Assembly (NCBI GenBank): GCA_905178155.1
Contig: CAJINV010000012.1
Location: 2,457,407 to 2,521,406, forward strand
From: Amoebophrya sp. A120
Taxonomy: Eukaryota > Protista > Dinoflagellata
Length of the DNA: 64,000 nucleotides
Direction of reading: 5' to 3'
This document shows, in pieces, positions 13,201 through 23,400 of this stretch; within the stretch, counting starts at the first letter, position 1; each line of letters opens with the position of its first letter. The notes under the pieces are model-generated. The model was not told the DNA's origin. It was given only the letters and a program-made list of their open reading frames with translations, and did not search any database. The translations under genes were made by a program, and so were the position numbers.

Positions 13201-13605
13201 AGCAGTGGCTGCACCAGTCGACGGGTCTACATGGACCAAATGCGCACCAGCGGCGGCCGCGCCCATCTGGCTGGCGTCGAGGTGCACGGCGGCGTGCTGG
13301 TACCCGGCCAGTGGCATTGCGGTCAGCATCTGGTGCTGACCGTGGTCGAGGTAGGTAGCCGCCGGCTGGTGCAGATGATGGGCCACTGCGCCGGGGTGGC
13401 TATCTGTGTTGTAACCGTGGTGGTCCATTGTCGCCGCAGATGTAGCAGATGTGGTGCAAGAACTACTACCTGATGCTGCTAGCAGGAGGTTATGCTTGTT
13501 GTACTGCTGTTGTTGCTCTATCAATAGCTGCTGATCCGCGTCCGCAATGTCCGGAGAACTGGTTCTGGTACTTACGAAGGCTTCCGCGTCCGGGTTTAGG
13601 TTCAT
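1283..13605 (-). CDS. Pumilio/PUF-family RNA-binding protein, multi-exon, with N-terminal PAM2-like motif and long N/Q/G/H low-complexity regions
   Basis: Joined exons give PUF repeat signatures (FAKDAMGVHLI, CKDKFAGKVI, YGNHVLQKLIE, DQYGNYVVQNML, THRCGSNTLERAL, KDKFGNFVAQRLL) and the C-terminal LKRFPYGKYIL cap. It starts MNLNPDAEAFVS. Interrupted by 18 TIR elements and several GT-AG introns. Exact ends uncertain. Confidence 0.85.
1542..1813. mobile_element. TIR introner-like element (family B variant)
   Basis: TATCAAATGCAAA..TTTGCATTTGATA; flanks tgacg/cgacg; removal +5 nt gives in-frame EKAVVPAVDVSAG. Confidence 0.9.
1885..2060. mobile_element. TIR introner-like element (family A, TGCAAAAGTATCG)
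   Basis: TIRs; DR gcaat/gcaat; removal +5 nt gives in-frame ADELHNRDNN. Confidence 0.92.
2579..2825. mobile_element. TIR introner-like element (family C, TATGAGAGTGCACAACTC)
   Basis: TIRs; DR ggcag/ggcag; removal gives in-frame QHCREQNPKDELEMEIM. Confidence 0.92.
3175..3328. mobile_element. TIR introner-like element (family A)
   Basis: TIRs; DR tccat/tccat; frame restored (ERLMEISQ). Confidence 0.92.
3386..3546. mobile_element. TIR introner-like element (family A)
   Basis: TIRs; DR cgtca/cgtga; frame restored (KLPHVDSSK). Confidence 0.9.
3862..4557. mobile_element. Enlarged TIR introner-like element (family J) carrying a nested insertion
   Basis: Ends TATGGCGTTCTCAACTGTTAC..GTAACGTTTGAGAGTCTCATA; DR ttcgc/ttcgc; frame restored (KLREHTHILKRFPYGK). 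Confidence 0.88.
4038..4514. repeat. Nested insertion bounded by a 17-bp direct repeat, with an internal ~26-bp tandem duplication
   Basis: GGTGCTTCTGCATGACA at 4038-4054 and 4498-4514; GTCACGATTGGGCAACAGAGGGTAGA twice near 4206-4258. Confidence 0.8.
4603..4857. mobile_element. TIR introner-like element (family B, TGTCTGGGTCTGGAA)
   Basis: TIRs; DR tccta/tccga; body nearly identical to 49810-50061. Confidence 0.92.
4895..5066 (-). other. Canonical GT-AG intron in PUF gene
   Basis: TTCG|GTATTT...CTACAG|GTAAC joins the PUF repeat KDKFGNFVAQRLL. Confidence 0.85.
5103..5254. mobile_element. TIR introner-like element (family A, degenerate ends)
   Basis: TGCAAAAGTATCGTACT inverted pair; DR gatct/aatct. 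Confidence 0.85.
5309..5568. mobile_element. TIR introner-like element (family B)
   Basis: TIRs; DR cgtcc/cgtcc. Confidence 0.9.
5983..6254. mobile_element. TIR introner-like element (family B)
   Basis: TIRs; DR cgccc/ctccc. Confidence 0.9.
6371..6662. mobile_element. TIR introner-like element (family D, AAAAACGTCCCC)
   Basis: TIRs; DR cgcgg/cgcga. Confidence 0.9.
6708..6858. mobile_element. TIR introner-like element (family E, TAAATTTCCCG)
   Basis: TIRs; DR atcta/atcta. Confidence 0.9.
6990..7269. mobile_element. TIR introner-like element (family D)
   Basis: TIRs; DR ggtgt/ggtgt. Confidence 0.9.
7358..7598. mobile_element. TIR introner-like element (family C)
   Basis: TIRs; DR tcccg/tcccg. 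Confidence 0.9.
8786..8958. mobile_element. TIR introner-like element (family A)
   Basis: TGCAAAAGTACTATCGTA inverted pair; flanks ttttg/tcctg; frame restored (AYQDQLGQK). Confidence 0.88.
9875..10182. mobile_element. TIR introner-like element (family F, GTCAGGATTGAAAT)
   Basis: TIRs; DR accag/accag. Confidence 0.9.
11311..11453 (-). other. Canonical GT-AG intron in PUF gene
   Basis: CAG|GTACAA...TTCCAG|GTG joins TTGEQ to VGTFSSS in frame. Confidence 0.75.
11706..12012. mobile_element. TIR introner-like element (family F)
   Basis: TIRs; DR ttgtg/ttatg; body similar to 9875-10182. Confidence 0.9.
12060..12265. mobile_element. TIR introner-like element (family G)
   Basis: TATTCAAGAAAAAAACACCATC..GATGGTGTTTTTTTCTTGGATA; DR gcccc/ccccc. 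Confidence 0.9.
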
Positions 13606-15929
13606 TTTTCTATGCGGGAGTTACTACCTAGTAGAAGAATAACAGGTCGACGTGCTGAAGTACGGTGGTGTTCTGTTGCTGCTTGTCTGGTTCTGTGGTT
13701 GTCCAGAAATAGATGCTGAAAGAATGAGAAAATCCAAATTGCGTACGTTATCTCCGGCCGCGATAAGATTAAGATGTCTGGCTTTGTTTGGATAGTGCTT
13801 TTGGAATAATCATGCCGATTTGATATTAGGAGTCCTTGAGTCGGTTCGGCAGGCGTTGTGCTTCGCCGCCGGTCTTGGAAGAGGAGTTCTTTTTGTGGTA
13901 CAAATCATATTCTTTTCAAGTGGTTCTTTCTCTTGCTGTTTTTAGAAATTCAATTTGTCAAGGTTCAGCTTCTCTGTTCCACTGAAGTACTACTGGTCCG
14001 AAAAGTTCTGTGCAGGAGGGTCTTTGTAATTGGTGTGCGTGCTGTTGTAGTTGTGGTTGGAAAACGTTTTTGTCCGTGCGACCGCAGGCCTCGCCGTTCC
14101 CGATGTGTTGAATGATGGGCAGATAGACAGGAGTGGTTATCTGGATTTTTCTGTTGTATCCGCACGGCAACCCCAAACTCAGCGGAAAGACGTTCGGCTT
14201 ACTCTGTGCTGTTCTGTATTCTCAAATTGTCAGATCCAGAAGATCCACAAAAGAAAAAGTGATGCTGTATCTTCTTGTTGGTACCTCTAAACTATTCAGG
14301 AAAAATTCGAATACCTTTAATCTTTTCATCAAAAAAACTGTAAAAACTTCTATCTTAGTACTTCATAGATACCAGCACGACGGTGAAGCAAATGATGTGA
14401 TGTGCGGTATTACTTACCTTCTCGCTCTCGTCTGCTTTGCTCGTTTGCCTTTTTCCTAAATTTTTTTGACTGACTTCTTTCGAGAGTGTAAAGTGTAAAC
14501 TAATCTGTGACACGACGTCTAGGGTAGTGATAACGTTGCACCTTACCCAATGTCGGAGAAGAAACATGTAAGAAAGTTGTTGGTGTGAATAGATGGCGTA
14601 AACTTGTAGTTCTTGAATGTGGTGAAAAATAGATAAGTACACGATCACGATGTCATAAAAGATCGCATCACAATAAATCCGCGACAAAAAAGAACTGACT
14701 GCCGTGTCGTTGTGAAGCAGAAGCACATCCTGGTGAAGATCTATCTTCGCGTTGACCATAAAAAAAAACGCAAATAAATATAAAAGTGTTGAATCAGGTG
14801 CACTCACAGTACATCGAAAACACGTCGTGATCTTCAACAGACCTCCGCACGCTGCAATCATCATCTTGCGAGAATCTTCGTACTGGTGATGGAAAGAGTT
14901 GTAAGAGAGCGGACAGAACGAGATGAGCCAGAATCTATCACACACCTTCGAAGCTTCAGCTTTGTTGATCTTCGCGCTCGTTGCAGCGAATAAAGGTCTT
15001 TATTGAGCGAAGAACTCTGACCCCGACTCCTGCGCCTGACTGAAGAGCAGAGCGTCAGTCTGTTGTGGGCCACCGCTTTCTAAGCTGCGAAACCACCCCC
15101 GTGCTCCCTGTGGTCAGAGCCAGGTTCTGTCTGGAGCTCTTTTTCTGTTGCATCGTCTGCGTCTTTGTTGTTATCCTAACATCACTGTACAGTCTCTATC
15201 AAGGATATTCGCATCGGTCGTCGCGCACTAATTGTACATTTTTTTCCCGAATGAGGTGCGACGTATTTTCGTTTCTATATTTTTCGCTGCAACATTATCA
15301 TTGCTAGTGGTGCTCCACGACCTCCTAAGATGATTGTACAAAGCCACTCTTTGCCCAGGCGCTCTGTACTTTTTGTTTTTTCCTAATTTTGAGCCGCTTT
15401 AAAATTCAACTTCTATCGCTAAAAATCACTTCATTGTAATTCATTATACAGTCGCTTGTCACGGCGTTGTCTGTGCCAGGGCACAGGCACAATCTAAATT
15501 CACGTCGGGATTCGACATGACAGGAATCTAGAGGGTCAAGCGTAGGGACAACAAAGGTAAAACTTGTCAAATTGTACAATACAGAAGCTAATTTCATTTC
15601 CTAGAGAATAACGCTCGTCAAATCTGCTACAAATACATTATTTCAAAGACAATTCAGAATGGTAGTCTGTAATCAAGCAAACAAGATGAGATGTCTGGTT
15701 TGTTTCTTGGAATTTCTCCTGCCGTTAATACAGTATACCGTATCAACATCTAATGAATTCGATTTTAATATTGGCTCTAGTAACGGTACACGTCTGATAA
15801 GTCTTCAATGTGAAAGCTACATTTCTCTTGCGTGTTTGTTTATCGTCTGCTAGTAAAGGTCTGGATAGTCTGTCAATCTGCGTAAATTCATCAAAGCTAA
15901 GTTTGTTTTTGTCTGAGTAGGCGTACTAA

Positions 15930-17129
15930 GATTTTTCAGGCTGATGTTCATCGCCTGATGTCTTCTTCAAAGCCCCCCCCTTTTCGCCGGAAAACTTCTC
16001 CGAACGCCCTCGGGGGACGCAATTCATGCCAAGTCGATCGGTTTGGCGCGCTGGTGTAGTTCTTTTGAAGCTTAGCAAACATCTGCAGCAGCACGAAGAT
16101 CGGCGGCACAAAACAAATCTCCCTAGGCGGGCAATCAAAACCGGCTGACTTTGCGCGCTGTCAACAAAAGCGAAAACTCGTTGACTTTGCGCTTCGGGCT
16201 CGCCCCTCAGGAAGCAAATAAAAAGCCCGCGCCTTTTCGCTCCGTTTTACGAATAGGCTGGAAAAGTGGGGGAGTGAAACTCCACCAACTTTTCGCACGC
16301 AGCGAGCTTTCAGTCTGCCTCCAGAAGACACTCAAAAAACCAAGTGAAAGCTCAGCGGTGTTTTCACTCGGAGTGACAAGTCATTACACATTCCGAAAGG
16401 CTTAGGGTGGGAAAAGAAGTGAGAAGTCAGTGATTTCTCACTCTCGCGAAATCCTGACGGCTCGAAGGTCTTCGGGGCTCGAAGTACCTTCGAGAAAAGT
16501 AGTGAGAAATCACTGATTTCTCACTTTTGAAAAATTCTCACTCTGGAAAGAGTGAACGCGACTCCGACTCCGGAGTGAGAATTTTTCACAAGTGAGAAAT
16601 CACTGATTTCTCACTCCGTTTCTCGAAGGTATTCGAGAAACAGAGCGAGAAACCAGTGATTTCTCACTTTTCCCAAATGAAAATTTTTCAGAAGTGAGAA
16701 GTCAGTGACTTCTCACTTTTTCAAAATGGAAACTTTTGAGAAGTGAGAAATCAGTGATTTCTCACTTTTCCAGAATGAAAATGCTTCAGAAGCGGGAGGT
16801 CGCTGACCTCTCACTCCGCTGTTCGAAGACCTGCGGGAAACGGACCGGAGTGAGAAGTCTTCCAAAATGAAAACTCTTCCGAAGTCAGAAAGCGCGTTCT
16901 TCTCGTCCCGTTTCTGGACGGAATGTAGGCCCCTTATTTCTCAAAAAGAAACAGCTTCAGAATGAAGGCGGGCCCTTTGTGGCCCACGCGTCCACGCGCG
17001 CCCCGTTTGCGAAATTCTTGCGCTGCTACCCCTCGAAAGTCTTCGGGGAAGTTTTCCGGCTATCAATTCTATTAGAGGGTTGCGAGTCATGGATTTTTCA
17101 GGCTGATGTTCATCGCCTGATATCTTCTT
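15930..17129. repeat. ~1.1-kb segment flanked by 38-bp direct repeats and containing an array of 25-bp palindromes
   Basis: GATTTTTCAGGCTGATGTTCATCGCCTGATRTCTTCTT at 15930 and 17092; at least 7 copies of AGTGAGAAATCASTGATTTCTCACT between ~16418 and 16815. Confidence 0.8.
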
Positions 17130-17442
17130 TGGAGCACGAGATCGTGCAATGAATTTATTTCGTCGAGTCAAGTCAAGATTAATTTTCGCGTAAAAGTTTT
17201 GGCTTTCATGGCAAACAGTTACTTCGACAAGGTTCTCTTTCCGATAACAACAAATCGTGGACAACAACTTCAAGTGTGACAAGTTTTCAAATTGTGAGTT
17301 TCAAAGCAAGAAAGTCTCTACTACAACGACAGTTAAGCAAGTTTCTCCAATGATCTGTGAAGATGCGCATTTGAGACCATGATCTTCATGCTCATACCAA
17401 GTTTCATTTCTCTGCCACCACACATCTTCCTCCTCCTCTTCT

Positions 17443-20400
17443 TCACACCGACTGCGTCTTCGGTCTTTGCATCATCATCGGTCTCTCCTCATCTTCGTCG
17501 TCCGTATCTGACTCGTCGTGTTTGTCAACGATTCCCGCCGCACCTACCTCCTGTCGAATCACGTTGACGCCTGATGTTCCTTCCCCCGAAAGAACCGGAC
17601 TAATTTTCGCGTCCTTATTTCCGATCACTGCACCCAGCCGCTTTTCCCACTGCTTCATGAGGACGATCTGCAACCACTTGAGCGCTAGCACAATCAACAG
17701 GATTCCGAGGACGTAGATGCTGAAGACCTTCGCGTACTGAAGCTTCTGCTATAAGAGTGCACAACTCCCCCTCTCCCTCATTTGCCATGCAAAACCCCAT
17801 CAAATCCAGTCGCTGCCCTGTGGCTCTGTTTGCGTGACAAATTTCGAAAGCCCAAACAGTACTACAATCAATGTAAGTATACATAAAATTTGCCATGCAC
17901 AGGCCACAGGGTCGCTGGCGTTTGCATTGCTGTTTATGCAAGACAAATGAGGGCGAGGGGGAGTTGTGCACTGTCATATCTGCCCGAGCTCGATCCACGG
18001 CGTGGGCTGGGACCAGTGGATTATAACGCGCTCAGGTGTTACAATCTCAAACGTTCCAATAGAATATCGCAATTTGTGATGCAAGCGCGCATGATCCAGC
18101 TTACTCCACCCACAGGATTGCGCATGACAAGTTTTCGAGTCCCAAACCGCACTAGAATCATCTGGCGAAATTTGTCTTGCAGAAAGTGGAGCGCCCTGTG
18201 AGTCTGTCATGTTCATCACGCCATACAAAATCCAGATTCTATTGTAACGCTTCAGATTGTAACATCTGAGCAAGCCATATGGAGAGGTGATTTTTTCTGC
18301 TTCTTCAGATTCGTTTTTACCTGCTTTGTCGTGGCTGCAGTAGTAGATTTCGTTCTTGCTGTTCTAGCTTTGTTGGTTTTTTGCGCAAAGGAGGATTGTT
18401 TTTCCCCAGTCGCAGCTTCATCCGCAGTCGTGGGAGCAGCCGCTGGTGCAGCCTCCTGCTCGTTGTTTTCGTGGCTAACTTCGGCAACTTCCGTGGCTGG
18501 TTGCTCCACTTCCACGGCCGCTGCTTGGGATTCGGTCGCGGCTTCCGGCGCCTGAGGCACGACCTCCTCCTCGTAAACCTCCGTTGGAGCTTATGCAAGA
18601 GAAATTTATTTACAGTCCATGCACAAAAGGCATCACAAACTTCGGCTTTCTTCCAGTACGTACCAGCCGGCGCCATTGATTTGCAATGCGGAGGACACGA
18701 CAAAACCTGTCATGGTGGCAGACCATTTGCATTTCTACGTGTACTGTATGGTAAATTTCTCCTCGATAGCGTTGGAACTTCCTTTCCGTACGTGACATCC
18801 TCCGGGGTGGTGGGCACGTCCTTATGCAGTGCAAATACATCTAGTTCTGGGCTCTTCGGAAAGTTGTGACGCAAGTTGTCAGTGAACAATAAGAATACTG
18901 TGAGAAGTGTGTACATACACCGATAAGCATGACAGGTTTATTCTTCTTCACTCTGTGTTGCGAATTTCAAATGCAGACAGACACAGACTTCAGAGTCATG
19001 TCAGACTAGCATGACAAACCTCGCAACCTTCCAGAAGATGGCCCAGAAATGATATTCGCCGTGGATATTCTTCCAGGTATCCGTTTTTCAAATCCGACAA
19101 AACCTTCTCGCCGCTCCCCAAGTAGCTTCCCGTCTGCGCATTGACCTCCTTCTTCACCTCCACGATTAGTTGACTCGCCTTCCCAGTCGCTCGCGCCACA
19201 GTATGCATTGCAAATATGTCTGCGTCTGGAAACTTGTGATGCAAGTCAGTAAACAAAAGTGAACTGTAATGCGCAGCCGAGCATGACAAGTTTTTTCGTT
19301 CTTCTGTACTGCGTATTCCGCATGAGAGACTGCGTTTTTGCATGACGGGCGAGAGAGGCTGTTTGTGGCCACGCAATACAGAGTGCAGAGTCATGCCAGA
19401 CTAGCATGACAAGTCTTGCAATCTTCCAGACCCAGACATCATATTTGCGGTTGATACACAGCCGATTCTTGCAACCCGTTGTTGCAGAAAAAATCTCGCA
19501 TCCGAAACGCGCCCGCATTTATGGAACGGCATCAGGACCGAAATTGATGACAAAGTTGTAATGCATAAAATGCAATGCACAAGATCCCTGTCTTGCGAGG
19601 GTGGCAAGCGAGGCCGATTGTGAGGAGCCTGTTTGGGGTTCTTGATAACGGAGCTGCTCAAGTAGCATAACAAAAGATGCCCTCTTTCCCTAAACAGCAT
19701 CACAAATTGGATTTACATGAGGCTGAAATTTGTCATGCGCCGGTTTGAAACTGGGCTTCCAAGTCGTATCGATTTTATGCATGGCAAATCATTTCAAGAC
19801 CTATGTCGGAAATTTCGGTCCTGACGCGTCCATAGCATTCCGGTCCTCGTTCACGTTGGCGTAACTTGGGTACACAAACGTGGTCTTCAGCTTCACAATG
19901 CTCGGCACTTCCTCTTCTTCGTCCGACCAGGCGGGCTTCTCTTTCTTGTCGGTGGTTTTCTGAAAGAAGGAAGAGGAGGCCTCCTCCTTGCTTGTTGCAG
20001 CTTCTGCATCTTCTGCTGCTGGTGTAGCGACCTCCGACGTGGTGCTGGCCGGAGCTTCTTCCCCAGCCGAAGGACCTTCTCCACTTGGAGGTGGAGCAAC
20101 ATCGTCAGTACCGCCGATCGGAGCAGCCGTAGCGGCATCGTACACGTCCGAGAGGTCGGTTTCTGCAGCGCCGTCGTCCAGGTGCTTCACCGCCTCGCTG
20201 AACAAGCCGCACAACATGTCGTTGGCAAAATCGTGCTCCAGTGCTTGGTGGTACAGCAGTTCCCCTGCGGAGGCTCGGGTCCGGTTCAGCGCGTCTTCGG
20301 CCAGCACTGCCTCCCGCCCGGCGAACAGATTCAACTCCTGAAAATCGGTCCACAGGTCGGAGTAGGCTTCGTGCAGGCTGAGGCCCCTTTTGTGGAATTC

Positions 20401-23400
20401 GTCCGCGATTTCCTGCGCGCTTTGTCCCTTTTCCACGTACAGTTCCGGATCCTTCTATGCATTGCAAATATGTAGTCTGGGTCTGAAGGAAGGATGTGAA
20501 CCTGTGCTGCGCATGTCACAACACAGACAAATCTGTCATGCATAGGCAGAAAAAGATGCCCATTTCCTGTCACCTCCAAAGTGGGGGACTTGTCATGCGG
20601 ATTAAGCAATGCGGAAGCTTCTCGAACTCTGTGATGCTAGGGCTTCCATGACAGACATTCTGTTTTATGCAAAAACAGTATGGCAAAAATCTGCACTGCT
20701 CCAGACCACCCAGACATATTTGCATTTGATACCTTCACAGTTTCCACAATCTGCCCCATCGCGTTCTCGATCGAAATTTCGGCGGCGTCCTCGTCCTATC
20801 ATGTGCAAAAGTTTACTACATACTAGTACGTGTAGTTGCAGTTGTAGTAACTCTGGCAAGACAGATTATTTTTTTTTCAATTTCTATTTCAGCACCTGCA
20901 GCACAGCAAGTTCATTTATTTTTGGATGGGGGAAACATCAAGATTTTCAAGATATTCATCATATTAATATTTCAACATTTACAACTGCTATGCAACTCGT
21001 CACACTAGTAGCACGATCCACCTTTTGCTCTGCATACTGCCATTTTCTGCTGTTTCCTCTCTAGCGCCTCAGCGTGCGCGTTTCCACAAGAAAAGCATCT
21101 TTGCTTATGCATTGCAAAAGTATCGTACTAGTAGAAATCGCATGACAAATTTGCGTAGCATGACAAATGAAATTTGTAATGCAGATTTATCTTAGGAAGC
21201 AGATTTGTGTTGCATGATTGCAATTAGTGCGAGTGCGATACTTTTGCAAAGCATATTGCTTCATTTTGTTCAATTTCATTTTCTTCTGGAGAAACGACTG
21301 CTCGTCCGCCTCGATAAGCTCCTGTCTCGTTTTCGGACTGGCCATCTCGTACAGCATCTGCTGAATCTATGCAATACAAATTTCCCGCCGCACATGTACA
21401 AAATGCATCACAAATTTCACCAATTATTGGAGGATAACGCTTGTTATGCTAAACTAGGATCGGACGCAAGTTTTGTCATGCCGAGACTGCATGTGTAGTA
21501 CGTGTACGGCTACGGGAAATTTACTGTGGATAGCATCTTCCGGCTGTGTTCGGCCTCTTGAAGTACCGCAGCGTCGGATTTGGCGGCGGTGTCAGGAGTG
21601 AGCAAGTCGTAGCTTCGCTTCGCCATCTGCTGCAGCGCTTTCACCGCGCGCTCAGTCTGCTTCCGCATCTGGATAAACGATCCTGACCCTTCGAGCGACA
21701 TCCTCAACTTATCGCCGCCCTCACCCGCCTTGCCCTGACCCAGGTTGACCGGAAGCGCTTTCACAGCGGACACCATGGCGGCCCGCCGCTCGGCATCTGT
21801 TTGGAAGAGGAATTGCGATAATTTCGAACATTCTAGCTTCTAATACTTCTTGCACGACTTTTGCATAAAAAAGTGCGCGATGGTTCTCGTGCGCAGCTGC
21901 TTTTCAAATCTGCACAACTATCGACGACGACTTGTGCAAGAAGACTCCATAGTCCGGTCCTCGGAACAACTACATGAATCCTAATCCATTTTCTTAGACA
22001 TCAAGGGGGCTGCAGCTGCAACGAACGACCTCCAGCAGCATCGCTCCTGAAAAGAATTTATAATTATCAGCAAAAAATTTCTTCTATACGCTGCGCGTCC
22101 ACGGTTCTGCAGGCAACGATCTCTCCCTTCTCGTTGGCATATGAAGTGCAAATGAATCGTCTTCGTCTAAATGCATTACAAATTTCCTCAGCGTGAGAAA
22201 TAAAATTTGTAATGCTGATTTACCTCAAGATAAAGATTTGTAATGCATGATTGCAATACGAGTACGATACTTTTGCACAGGATATGGCAACCCGTTCGAC
22301 CAAGTTGAGATGTAAGTCAACCGCTATCAAAGTGAAAAAACCCCCCTCCCCCTATTGAAGCGGAAATTTCTGTTGCTGGATTTGTGTACACAAATCAGCG
22401 CTATAGTGCAGCGAGCGCTTGCAGGCATTTGCTGTGCCTGATTAGGTATGCAAAAGGCTAGCACTCAGGCATGACAGACAGCTCTGCAGTAGGCAAAAGC
22501 GCATTACAGATTGGCTGTGGAATGCGCCACACGGCTCCAGTTGCCTCATATACAAGACAGAGCTGATTTGTGGTCACAAATCAGCATCACAAATTTCATT
22601 GTGAGTATGGGGAGGGGGGCTTTTTCCTTACGATAACCGTGTCGAAGGTACGCTGGACGGTCTGCAACGCCTTCTTCCCAAGCTTCCGGAAGTTACTCAG
22701 CGTTCGCTCCGTGCTCTCTTGGTAGCGCTGTTTGATGGACAAATTCTAACGTGTACGTAGAAATCTGTCATGCTACTATAGACATCTGTTGCACTGCGTG
22801 TCATGCAAAATAGAGCGGCATAAAAATATGGACGCCTGTTCTTGCTCCGTGTCTACTTGTACTTTACCTGAATCGTCATGGTCATTTCACGGGCGATGGT
22901 CTGCGCCAGAAGTGGGTCGTTCAAGTTCAACGGCGTCCGAAGCATGAAGAAGGACAGTTCCGTCATGATCCGCGTTGCGTCAGCCGCACTCGCTGTGACC
23001 GCCCGGAGCATGCCCTGCACCATCTTGCGGCCCATCACCGCAACCTCGAGCAAGCGGTCGAACATGTTCACCCGGAGCTCCGGATCCACCAACGTCGGGT
23101 TCATGCGCTTGGTGAGCCCGAGTTCCTGGGCTTGCTTCGTGCGTTCAGCTGTTTTTTATGGGAAGTTGTATGTTTGTAAATACATTAGTACTCCTCTACT
23201 GCACTTCTCCACCTCCAACTCCAAGGTCATAAGCATGATCGTACTGAATGAAAAATGCCAGGACAAAGATTTCATTTCGAGAGAAGAAATAAGGAAAAGT
23301 AGTACTCAAAGTCGAATCCTGCCAATCCCAGAAGTCCGCTCGCTTCACATTTTGGAAATCGATCGCGTACATGCGCAGCGCGATGATCATTTCACGCATG

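Noticed and set aside
16418-16815. CRISPR-like array of palindromic repeats with spacers
   Set aside because: Eukaryotic context, no cas genes, and the spacers resemble one another and are irregular.
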